A DNA stretch of 36,955 nucleotides from a virus (Duplodnaviria > Heunggongvirae > Uroviricota > Caudoviricetes). Location: positions 1 to 36,955 of IMG/VR virus record IMGVR_UViG_2681813166_000002; one strand, 5' to 3'. The notes under the pieces are model-generated. The model was not told the DNA's origin, did no database searches, and was given only the letters and a program-made list of their open reading frames with translations. Shown here piece after piece: positions 27,533 to 36,208 of this stretch (position 1 is its first letter; each line of letters starts with the position of its first letter). The position numbers were made by a program, and so were the translations under genes.

Positions 27533-28608
27533 ACGATAACGTCACGCTACGGGTAAATGGCCGGGAGTGGAATGGCTGGACATCAGTGCGCATCGGTGCC
27601 GGTGTTGAACGACTGGCGCGGGATTTCAGTGTGGAGATCACCCGCCAGTGGCCGGGAGATGAGGGTATCACCACGCTTCAGCCGCGCATTAAAAACGGTT
27701 CAAAAGTGGAGGTGCTGATTGGTGATGAGCTGGTGATCACCGGCTGGGTGGAGGCGACGCCCGTTCGTTACGATGCCCGTTCGGTCAGCACCGGTATTGC
27801 CGGACGCAGTCTGACTGCTGACCTGATTGACTGTGCAGCCGAACCGACACAGTTTAACGGACGATCGCTGGTACAGATTGCGCAGGCGCTTGCTGCGCCT
27901 TTCGGCATTGAGGTGGTGAACAGCGGTGCGCCGTCGGGTGTTATTCCTGATGTCCAGCCTGATCACGGTGAAACGGTGATCGAGGTAATCAACAAAATAC
28001 TCGGTCAGCAGCAGGCGCTGGCTTATGACGACCCGCACGGCAGGCTGGTGATTGGCGGTATTGGCTCAACGCGGGCACATACCGCGCTGGTACTTGGGGA
28101 AAACATCCTTTCCTGTGATACGGAGAAGAGTATCCGGGAGCGGTTTTCAGTTTACCAGGTGGCGGGGCAGCGTGCCGGAAACGACGATGATTTCGGTGAG
28201 GCCACCACCACCGCGCTGCGGGCCCGCACAGAGGACGCATTTATTGCCCGTTACCGTCCGATGTATATCAGGCAGACAGGGCAGGCCACGGGGGCAGGCT
28301 GTATTGCGCGTGCTGACTTTGAAGCCCGACAACGGGCGGCGCGGACGGATGAAACCACCTATGTGGTGCAGGGCTGGCGACAGGGTAACGGTACGCTGTG
28401 GCAGCCCAACCAGCGGGTGATTGTCTTCGATCCGGTCTGTGGTTTCGACAATACCGAACTGCTTGTCTCGGAAGTCACGTTTACTCAGGACCAGAACGGC
28501 ACCCTGACGGAAATCCGTGTCGGCCCACCTGATGCTTATCTGCCTGAACCCGAAGCCCCCGGCGCGCGGAAAAAGAAAAAAGCCAGAGTACAGGAGGACC
28601 CGTTCTGA
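27529..28608 (+). CDS. Baseplate hub / tail protein (Mu gpP-like)
   Basis: 359-aa ORF in conserved order after the DNA circulation gene. Confidence 0.75.
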   Translation: MNDNVTLRVNGREWNGWTSVRIGAGVERLARDFSVEITRQWPGDEGITTLQPRIKNGSKVEVLIGDELVITGWVEATPVRYDARSVSTGIAGRSLTADLIDCAAEPTQFNGRSLVQIAQALAAPFGIEVVNSGAPSGVIPDVQPDHGETVIEVINKILGQQQALAYDDPHGRLVIGGIGSTRAHTALVLGENILSCDTEKSIRERFSVYQVAGQRAGNDDDFGEATTTALRARTEDAFIARYRPMYIRQTGQATGAGCIARADFEARQRAARTDETTYVVQGWRQGNGTLWQPNQRVIVFDPVCGFDNTELLVSEVTFTQDQNGTLTEIRVGPPDAYLPEPEAPGARKKKKARVQEDPF

Positions 28609-29156
28609 TGAGGACGATTGAAGCCATGCAGCGACAACTCCTCGGCCTGATTGGGCGGGCAGTGGTGAAAAGCATCAGTGCCGCCACGAAATGTCAGACC
28701 GTGGATGTGTCCCTGATTGCCGGTGAACCCAAAGCCGGGGTTGAACATCTTGAACCCTACGGTTTTACCGCAAGGGCAAACAGCGGTGCGGAAGCGGTGG
28801 TGTTGTTTCCGGATGGTGACCGTTCTCATGCGGTGGTTGTTACGGTGTCGGACCGGCGCTACCGCCTGAAAGGGCTGCAGACGGGTGAGGTGGCGGTCTA
28901 TGACGATCAGGGGCAGTCCGTGACGCTGACCCGGGAGGGGATCGTGGTGGACGGTGCAGGTAAAACGATCACGTTTCGCAATTCACTTAAAGCACGTTTT
29001 GAAATGGACCTGGAAGTGACAGGACAGGTGAAAGACCTGTGCGACTCTACCGGCACCACCATGTCAGCGATGCGGCTTGCCTATAACGGGCATCGTCACA
29101 GAGAGAACGGTCAGGGCAGTAACACCGACAAACCTGATAAAGCGATGGAGGCATGA
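28608..29156 (+). CDS. Baseplate assembly protein V-like (spike)
   Basis: 182-aa ORF in conserved order. Confidence 0.7.
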   Translation: MRTIEAMQRQLLGLIGRAVVKSISAATKCQTVDVSLIAGEPKAGVEHLEPYGFTARANSGAEAVVLFPDGDRSHAVVVTVSDRRYRLKGLQTGEVAVYDDQGQSVTLTREGIVVDGAGKTITFRNSLKARFEMDLEVTGQVKDLCDSTGTTMSAMRLAYNGHRHRENGQGSNTDKPDKAMEA

Positions 29157-29581
29157 TGGAACTGTGGCTGACGGTGAACGGTAAACGCACCTGCGCCAGC
29201 GCACCGCTGGATCCGCTGACCCGCGCCGTGGTGATTTCCCTGTTCACCTGGCGGCGGGCGGAGCCTGATGACAATGCCGACGTCCCGATGGGATGGTGGG
29301 GGGATACCTGGCCTGCGGTACAGAATGACCGTTACGGCTCCCGACTGTGGCTGCTTCAGCGCAGCAAACTGACCAATCAGCTGGTGCAGACGGTAAGGGG
29401 GTATATCCGCGAATGCCTGCAATGGATGATTGATGACGGCGTGGTGTCCCGTATTGATCTGGATATCCGCCGCACCGGGATTAATGTGCTGGGTAACAGT
29501 ATCACCCTCTGGCGTCGTGATGGACCAGTAATGATTTCTTTTGATGATCTGTGGAGTGCGATAACGCATGGCGGACAGTGA
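29153..29581 (+). CDS. Baseplate protein (Mu gp46 / gpW-like)
   Basis: 142-aa ORF in conserved order. Confidence 0.7.
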   Translation: MMELWLTVNGKRTCASAPLDPLTRAVVISLFTWRRAEPDDNADVPMGWWGDTWPAVQNDRYGSRLWLLQRSKLTNQLVQTVRGYIRECLQWMIDDGVVSRIDLDIRRTGINVLGNSITLWRRDGPVMISFDDLWSAITHGGQ

Positions 29582-30626
29582 ATTTCAGCGCCCGACGCTG
29601 GCAGAAAATATCAGTATGCTCCGTAACGATTTATTCGCCAGGCTGGACGTCAGCGACACGCTCCGGCGCATGGATGAAGACGTGCGGGCAAAGGTGTATG
29701 CGGCGGCGCTGCATACGGTTTACGGGTACATCGATTATCTGGCATTGAACATGCTGCCTGACCTGTGCGATGAGTCCTGGCTGGCGCGACATGCTGCGAT
29801 GAAACGGTGTTCGCGCAAGGGGGCCACGACTGCCAGCGGGTATATGCGCTGGGAAGGCGTCAGCGATGGCCTGAAGGTGACCGCCGGGAGTGTTATTCAG
29901 CGCGATGACCTGGTTCAGTACACGGCAACTGCCGATGCAACCAGCGCCGGTGGTGTCCTGCGCGTGCCGATCGCCTGCTCAAGTGCAGGCGCGGTCGGTA
30001 ACGCTGACGACGGTACAGCATTAATCCTGGTCACGCCGGTGAATGGTCTGCCGTCTTCCGGCGTGGCAGATACCCTGACAGGTGGATTTGATACTGAAGA
30101 GCTGGAAACGTGGCGCGCCCGCGTCATTGAGCGGTATTACTGGACGCCGCAGGGCGGGGCTGACGGGGACTATGTCGTCTGGGCTAAAGAAGTGCCCGGC
30201 ATTACCCGCGCATGGACATACCGTCACTGGATGGGAACGGGAACTGTCGGTGTGATGATTGCCAGCAGTGACCTGATTAATCCCATTCCGGAAGAATCAA
30301 CGGAAACGGCGGCAAGACAACATATCGAGCCACTGGCCCCGGTGGCAGGCTCTGATTTGTATGTATTCAGGCCGGTGGCGCATACGGTGGATTTTCATAT
30401 CCGCGTGATGCCGGACACACCGGAAATACGGGCTGCCATCACCGCGGAGTTGCGTTCGTTTCTTCTGCGTGATGGTTATCCGCAGGGAGAACTGAAGGTA
30501 TCGCGTATCAGTGAGGCGATTTCCGGTGCGAACGGGGAATATAGCCATCAGTTGCTTGCACCGGCAGACAATATCTCCATTGCGAAAAATGAACTGGCGG
30601 TTCTGGGGACGATTTCATGGACGTGA
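29568..30626 (+). CDS. Baseplate J-like protein (Mu gp47-like)
   Basis: 352-aa ORF in conserved order. Confidence 0.8.
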   Translation: MADSEFQRPTLAENISMLRNDLFARLDVSDTLRRMDEDVRAKVYAAALHTVYGYIDYLALNMLPDLCDESWLARHAAMKRCSRKGATTASGYMRWEGVSDGLKVTAGSVIQRDDLVQYTATADATSAGGVLRVPIACSSAGAVGNADDGTALILVTPVNGLPSSGVADTLTGGFDTEELETWRARVIERYYWTPQGGADGDYVVWAKEVPGITRAWTYRHWMGTGTVGVMIASSDLINPIPEESTETAARQHIEPLAPVAGSDLYVFRPVAHTVDFHIRVMPDTPEIRAAITAELRSFLLRDGYPQGELKVSRISEAISGANGEYSHQLLAPADNISIAKNELAVLGTISWT

Positions 30627-31201
30627 CAAACGATGATTACATCCGTCTGTTGTCGGCACTGTTGCCCCCCGGTCCGGCGTGGTCAGCCGGCGATCCGGCG
30701 ATTGCCGGTGCGGCACCGTCATTAACCCGCGTTCATCAGCGTGCGGATGCCCTGATGCGGGAGCTGGATCCGCGCACAACCACCGAACTGATAAACCGCT
30801 GGGAGCGTCTGTGCGGCCTGCCGGATGAATGTATTCCGGCAGGGACGCAGACCCTTCGCCAGCGTCAGCAACGGCTGGATGCGAAGGTTAATCTGGCGGG
30901 CGGCATCAATGAGGATTTTTACCTTGCACAGCTTGCTGCCCTGGGCAGACCAGACGCCACCATCACGCGATACGACAAAAGCACGTTCACCTGCTCATCT
31001 GCCTGTACTGACGCGGTGAATGCGCCGGAATGGCGGTATTACTGGCAGGTCAACATGCCAGCCGCCACCAACACCACCTGGATGACATGTGGCGATCCCT
31101 GTGATTCCGCACTGCGTATCTGGGGGGACACCGTTGTCGAGTGCGTGCTTAACAAACTCTGCCCGTCGCATACCTACGTAATTTTTAAATATCCGGAGTA
31201 A
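30617..31201 (+). CDS. Tail protein (Mu gp48-like)
   Basis: 194-aa ORF in conserved order preceding the fibre gene. Confidence 0.7.
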   Translation: MDVTNDDYIRLLSALLPPGPAWSAGDPAIAGAAPSLTRVHQRADALMRELDPRTTTELINRWERLCGLPDECIPAGTQTLRQRQQRLDAKVNLAGGINEDFYLAQLAALGRPDATITRYDKSTFTCSSACTDAVNAPEWRYYWQVNMPAATNTTWMTCGDPCDSALRIWGDTVVECVLNKLCPSHTYVIFKYPE

Positions 31202-31204
31202 TCC

Positions 31205-31996
31205 ATGCATCGTATAGACACGAAAACCGCGCAGAAGGATAAGTTCGGCGCGGGTAAAAACGGTTTTACCCGTGGTAACCCCCAGACCGGCACACCTGCC
31301 ACCGATCTTGATGATGACTACTTTGATATGTTGCAGGAAGAACTCTGCAGCGTGGTGGAGGCATCCGGTGCCAGCCTGGAGAAGGGGCGGCATGACCAGC
31401 TGCTTACCGCGCTTCGTGCGCTGCTGTTAAGCCGCAAGAATCCGTTTGGCGATATCAAATCGGATGGCACGGTGAAAACGGCTCTCGAAAACCTTGGTTT
31501 GGGAGAAGGCTCTGCATTACCTGTTGGTGTGCCTGTTCCATGGCCTTCAGCCACACCGCCAACAGGCTGGCTGAAATGCAACGGTGCAGCTTTTTCTGCT
31601 GAAGAATACCCGGAACTGGCAAAGGCTTACCCGACAAATAAATTGCCTGATTTACGCGGTGAATTTATTCGTGGCTGGGATGACGGGCGTGGTATTGATG
31701 CTGTACGTGCCTTGCTAAGTCTTCAGAATGGAGGAGTGGAATCACACACCCACCAAGGGCAGCTCTTCAGAGTTAGTGATTATCGTACAAAAGAAATACC
31801 AGCATCAGAAGTTATGGGAAGAGGATATATTGCAAGCCTGACGCCGGGTGCTGATAGCCCACTTGATTTTGATGATTATTCTGTATCTTCTAATCCAAAT
31901 GGATATTTTGTCGGGAATCAGAGAACAACAGCATATGGGATAAATGAAACCCGTCCACGGAATATTGCATTTAACTATATCGTGAGGGCTGCATAA
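31205..31996 (+). CDS. Tail fibre protein: constant N-terminal part fused to variable C-terminal part in its current orientation
   Basis: 263-aa ORF with a tail-collar-like segment ([22 protein letters not shown]); recombination site inside the gene at ~31482-31507. Confidence 0.8.
   Translation: MHRIDTKTAQKDKFGAGKNGFTRGNPQTGTPATDLDDDYFDMLQEELCSVVEASGASLEKGRHDQLLTALRALLLSRKNPFGDIKSDGTVKTALENLGLGEGSALPVGVPVPWPSATPPTGWLKCNGAAFSAEEYPELAKAYPTNKLPDLRGEFIRGWDDGRGIDAVRALLSLQNGGVESHTHQGQLFRVSDYRTKEIPASEVMGRGYIASLTPGADSPLDFDDYSVSSNPNGYFVGNQRTTAYGINETRPRNIAFNYIVRAA
31482..31507. promoter_or_regulatory. Left crossover site of the invertible segment (gix/hix-like)
   Basis: CTCTCGAAAACC-TT-GGTTTGGGAGAA, a 26-bp imperfect palindrome resembling the hixL/gixL consensus as I recall it. 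Confidence 0.6.
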
Positions 31997-32598
31997 TGGA
32001 TAACGCTGTATTAAATAGCGAGTTTATTGCTACAAAGGCGGGGAATATTACCGTCTATAACTATGATGGCGAAACACGGGAATATATTTCCACATCAACT
32101 GAATATCTTGCCGTTGGTGTCGGTATCCCTGCATATTCCTGTTTAGATGCCCCTAGCATACATAAGGCGGGTTATGCTATCTGCCGTTCGATGGATTTAA
32201 ACTCATGGGAATATGTGCCAGACCATCGCAGTGAAATTGTCTATAGCACCGAAACGGGAGATACCAAAGAAATCACAGCTCCGGGTGATTACCCTGAAAA
32301 TACAACCACTATCGCACCGTTAACGCCATACGATAAATGGGATGGTGAGAAATGGGTGACAGATACTGAGGCACAACACGGTGCTGCAGTAGAAGTGGCA
32401 GAAGCACAACGCCAGTCACTGATTGATACAGCAATGGCTTCCATTAGTCTGATTCAGCTGAAATTACAGGCCGGACGGAAGTTGACGCAGGCAGAAACAA
32501 CCCGACTTAGCGCCGTGCTGGATTACATTGACGCGGTGGCGGCAACAGATACCAGCACCGCGCCGGATGTCATCTGGCCTGAACTGCCGGAGGTGTAG
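31996..32598 (+). CDS. Tail fibre assembly protein (U-like), expressed orientation
   Basis: 200-aa ORF directly after the fibre gene with ATG overlap. Confidence 0.75.
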   Translation: MDNAVLNSEFIATKAGNITVYNYDGETREYISTSTEYLAVGVGIPAYSCLDAPSIHKAGYAICRSMDLNSWEYVPDHRSEIVYSTETGDTKEITAPGDYPENTTTIAPLTPYDKWDGEKWVTDTEAQHGAAVEVAEAQRQSLIDTAMASISLIQLKLQAGRKLTQAETTRLSAVLDYIDAVAATDTSTAPDVIWPELPEV

Positions 32599-33007
32599 GC
32601 CATTCAATATCTGGCGCACCGGTAGTATCGACTAGCTCCAGTGCGTCCAGATAATCCAGCCACGAATTATATTGCGCCAGTTCCTCGCCTTTCAGACGAC
32701 CAATAGCGGCTTTACCGGGCCATTGTTTACTGTTCATGTATTCGTTGGCCTGATTAAGCAATAATTGCCTTTCTGATTCTGCCTGTTGAATAAGTTCTTC
32801 ATGTGATGGTGGAGGTATTAGTGCCCATGTGGGTAATCCATTTTTTCCTGCAACACGAATTTTGTCATCTGGAGGCGTATTGATTGCAAATTCATTATAA
32901 ACATCATCACTGACAGCCAGAGCATCATCTGGCCATGAATTTGCATTAATGTAATCATCCTTAAGTGCAGGATTCACAAAAATGTTTAAAGATGGACTAT
33001 AAAACAT
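32570..33007 (-). CDS. Alternative tail fibre assembly protein (U'-like), opposite orientation
   Basis: 145-aa minus-strand ORF, convergent with U and sharing the C-terminal motif (APDIEWPTPP versus APDVIWPELP). Confidence 0.7.
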   Translation of the reverse strand: MFYSPSLNIFVNPALKDDYINANSWPDDALAVSDDVYNEFAINTPPDDKIRVAGKNGLPTWALIPPPSHEELIQQAESERQLLLNQANEYMNSKQWPGKAAIGRLKGEELAQYNSWLDYLDALELVDTTGAPDIEWPTPPAVQAR

Positions 33008-33008
33008 A

Positions 33009-33398
33009 TTACACCCCTATAGCGATATAACGACCTAATACAGCGTTTGCAGCAGTCGCTATGCTTGAAAAACCGCGGAACTGATTTGATGTAATTGCAG
33101 AAGCCGACAGGATTCCTGCGCCTGAAGGTGTATGCCCCACATGACTAACTATCATTCCATAACATGCTGACGGAAAGGCAAAAGGAAAATCGTTAAGATA
33201 TCCGGCATCTTCACCACCAGACCCACCAAATCTCGCCTGCCCCCACTGAATAATCAGTGTTCTCCGGGAACCTGAAATAATTAACGGGATCGTTACATAC
33301 CCATTCAGGCCAATGACACCCGATGCAGTGCCAGCCAGAGATAATTCTCCCAAACCAACGTTTATGAAAATGTAGAAATAACGAGCAAATGGCATCAT
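33009..33398 (-). CDS. Alternative tail-fibre C-terminal segment (Sv'-like); no promoter or start of its own in this orientation
   Basis: Minus-strand ORF contains the right crossover site in frame (…NVGLGELSLAG… versus …[11 protein letters not shown]… in the expressed fibre). Confidence 0.65.
   Translation of the reverse strand: MMPFARYFYIFINVGLGELSLAGTASGVIGLNGYVTIPLIISGSRRTLIIQWGQARFGGSGGEDAGYLNDFPFAFPSACYGMIVSHVGHTPSGAGILSASAITSNQFRGFSSIATAANAVLGRYIAIGV
33345..33370. promoter_or_regulatory. Right crossover site of the invertible segment, partly degenerate
   Basis: TTCTCCCAAACC-AA-CGTTTATGAAAA; its left arm is identical to the reverse complement of the left site's right arm; the outer arm is degenerate. 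Confidence 0.5.
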
Positions 33399-33424
33399 TC
33401 CTGCTTTTGTCAGGGAGATCCACC

Positions 33425-33515
33425 ATGCTTATTGGCTACGTACGCGTATCAACAAATGACCAGAACACCGCTCTGCAACGTAATTCGTTGAACTGTGCAG
33501 AATGTGAGTTGATTT
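33425..33515 (+). pseudogene. Truncated Gin/Hin/Pin-family serine DNA invertase (first ~30 codons only)
   Basis: MLIGYVRVSTNDQNTALQRNSLNCAECELI matches the invertase N-terminus including the catalytic serine region, then diverges into AT-rich sequence with an early stop. Confidence 0.8.
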
Positions 33516-33699
33516 TGAAGATAAAATCAGTGGCACAAAGTTCAATAAAAATATACCTGACACATTATACGAAGAAGATTTTATGGTTTTTTCTGTTGAT
33601 TTTTTAACATGGCTGCATGGATACAGATATGACGAAGGTAATGTAGAGTAGTAAGAACATAAATAGGCTGACAAAAGTTCAGCCTACAGTCTTTTCATC

Positions 33700-34584
33700 T
33701 TATCTTACAGCTGGTGTTTGAGGTGGCTTCGTTTTCGTTTTTTTCACGCCCTTGTTTTTTACTATTTCCAGTGCCCTTTTCTGAAGGTCTACTCCTGATG
33801 GATAGAGCACGTTGAGAATGTGCTCAGTCAGTCGGTACGCATCAAACAGATCACTTTGAGTTAAACCTGATGCTGCGTGACTCCCTTCATTACCTAACCA
33901 CTTAACAGCAAATAAAAGTCCATCTAACTTTCCAAATGTTTTTTTTCTATGTGCAGCTATGGTAATTCGTTCATGAAGAGACATGAGGCACCGCTCGCGC
34001 TTGGACTTACCCTTCCGCTTAATTAATTTGTATTTTGGTATATTGTATTCAGATAAAAGATTCTCTATTGCCATTCTAACCTTGTTTGCTGCTGAGCTTG
34101 GCGAAAGTAGTGTCAGTGAAAATGCTTCTTGCAAATTCTCATATACTTCAGATGGACATGTTGTGGGGATATCTATGTACTGTAGCGGAGGGATAAATAC
34201 TTTGGGGATGTAATAGCTAAAGTACTCCTGTATCTGTTCATCTCGATCATTTACAGTAATATCCATCTCAACATAACCAGTGCCTGAGCAGACGACAACT
34301 TCCTCGCATTCATGATTTTCGCATACCAGAACCGCAGTAAAAACCTCTTTAATCAGTTCTGTATCGGAGCCGAGAATCTCAATAAGATTATGTGATTCAC
34401 TAGTTACCTTTGCATAAAATTTTTCTTTATTTAATTTCAAACTGCTTCTTCCGCAACTTGGGCACGGGTATGTCACGTAGTCATTTACTTTGAAAGGTTT
34501 ACCAATTGAAAACTTATCCATTTTTCTCTCGTTAATTTCTCTATGAATGGTTGCTACTGAGTTTACCAACACTGTGTTTTGCAT
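33700..34584 (-). CDS. Hypothetical 294-aa protein: N-terminal zinc ribbon plus C-terminal helical domain with an R-x5-H motif
   Basis: AT-rich ORF; CPSCGR...CENHECEE cysteine cluster; C-terminal ERITIAAHRKK and KWLGNEGSHAAS. Confidence 0.7.
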   Translation of the reverse strand: MQNTVLVNSVATIHREINERKMDKFSIGKPFKVNDYVTYPCPSCGRSSLKLNKEKFYAKVTSESHNLIEILGSDTELIKEVFTAVLVCENHECEEVVVCSGTGYVEMDITVNDRDEQIQEYFSYYIPKVFIPPLQYIDIPTTCPSEVYENLQEAFSLTLLSPSSAANKVRMAIENLLSEYNIPKYKLIKRKGKSKRERCLMSLHERITIAAHRKKTFGKLDGLLFAVKWLGNEGSHAASGLTQSDLFDAYRLTEHILNVLYPSGVDLQKRALEIVKNKGVKKTKTKPPQTPAVR

Positions 34585-34807
34585 GCAATTTGCATGGAGT
34601 AGAATAAAAAAATCGGAAGTTGTCCGCTATCTCACAAATTTCCGCAAGCAATAACATCGCTAGCTTTAATACTTTAGCTCTCTCGATTTCTTGTTAATAG
34701 GAGTATGGGATTAATAATCCATACTCCTCGTTTTAAGGCAGCTAATAGACGCCTTTTGATGGGGTTAATAATATCATAAAAGAATTTAAAAATAACTTCA
34801 TTGTCTA

Positions 34808-35248
34808 TTAGTAACTAATGGTTATCGTAAACATAAATGTAGTTAGTTGACAAAAACCTACGACTGATAACATTATTTTTATCCAGAAAAAAAATAAGGC
34901 GGGGTAATTTATACAATTTGGTGGTTCTTTTAAATTATGTGTTTTTTTATCAAGTCCATTTTCCTCAAGATATTTTTCTCTTCTACGACCAAGCATTCCC
35001 CAAATAATAGTGGTTGCAGCATATTGCAGAAAATCCATTATTAAAGACATAACCAAGAACACTAATGACCAATATAGTGTATTGGGAAATAATAGAATTG
35101 TCTCAGACGAAGATCCTACTGAACTATTACTTATACTTCCCTTGAATAACCATATCAATGCAATCCCACCTAGACATGATTGCCTGTTAATATTTGATAG
35201 TGAACCGCTCGCATCATAGTATGCTTGCTGTATTTTATCTAAAAGCAT
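34808..35248 (-). CDS. Hypothetical integral membrane protein (146 aa)
   Basis: Several hydrophobic helices; start overlaps the stop of the upstream small gene. Confidence 0.6.
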   Translation of the reverse strand: MLLDKIQQAYYDASGSLSNINRQSCLGGIALIWLFKGSISNSSVGSSSETILLFPNTLYWSLVFLVMSLIMDFLQYAATTIIWGMLGRRREKYLEENGLDKKTHNLKEPPNCINYPALFFFWIKIMLSVVGFCQLTTFMFTITISY

Positions 35249-35535
35249 TACAGTACCTTCTTAATATTTGCACGTTTAGGCCCTGTACTGGTAGTCATTT
35301 TAGGCACATTTTCGGGGATGAGAATATTTTCGCTTGAAATTATTGCCCAGTTGCCTTTTTTTATTTGTCTGGTATTTAAATATGCTCGCCCATTTTTTAT
35401 AGTAATAAACCTTGAGTTTATAGAAACTCTTCTCGTCCTGTCAGGATTATCTTTTTTGGCTAATGTAATGCTGACTCTGGTAATCTTTGGATTTGATATA
35501 TGCATATGTACACGTAAGCCACGACTTTTTTTCAT
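35248..35535 (-). CDS. Hypothetical small basic protein (95 aa), first gene of a two-gene operon
   Basis: GAGGGG RBS 6 nt upstream of ATG (MKKSRGLRVHMHISNPK...); the track ORF extends further upstream without an RBS. Confidence 0.5.
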   Translation of the reverse strand: MKKSRGLRVHMHISNPKITRVSITLAKKDNPDRTRRVSINSRFITIKNGRAYLNTRQIKKGNWAIISSENILIPENVPKMTTSTGPKRANIKKVL

Positions 35536-36208
35536 TATCCCCTCACTGATACTAGCTTTAACACTGTGATACAATAACTTATATTTATGAATAAAATCAA
35601 TTGATAAATTGTAGCATTTCGGTGGCATGGAAGTTACTGTCACTACAAGCAGGTAACAACACACTCTCCTTGTTTATAACAGTAACGCACTTCAATCATG
35701 TCAAATATATGGCGGTCGAGAAATAAAGTGGCCTATAGCTATTCACTCGGGAACTGCGGCTCCTTTGCGTATCCTTTTTTGTCTCTTCACCTTCTGGTCG
35801 GTGTCTTGCTGAGATTTATAACTTCCTGTTTTTGTTGGTGTTGTCCTTACACCCTCCAATCATGATTGGCTGGCGGTAGTTGAACCCGCAGACACGTCGT
35901 ATGCAAGGACTTGCTGCGGCTGGATGGTGGACTTTCGATAGTGCGAGTATTGAATGATTTCCATCTATTATAGATTTTACCGTATTTCGGCATGAATGAA
36001 ATTGAATATCCTCCCACCGACCCTCCATGACTTTACACCACTGTCTCTGGGGCTGCTATGTGCCAAAAGCTGACATCTTCATTTTCGATGAATTTGTCAG
36101 CTACATATTATGACGCTTTCATATTTTGATGCTTTTCCCTAAATAATACTAACCCAATTCTCATCTATTTCGCTATCAATCTTAATCGTATTTAATAACT
36201 TGCAGTCA

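Noticed and set aside
35816-36028. 70-aa minus-strand ORF in the intergenic block
   Set aside because: No RBS and a Cys/Arg-rich low-complexity translation; more likely non-coding.
35700-36100. Possible tRNA or attachment site in the GC-richer intergenic block
   Set aside because: Could not find an acceptor-stem/T-arm pattern or a CCA-proximal conserved T-loop by eye; left as an unexplained region in the findings.
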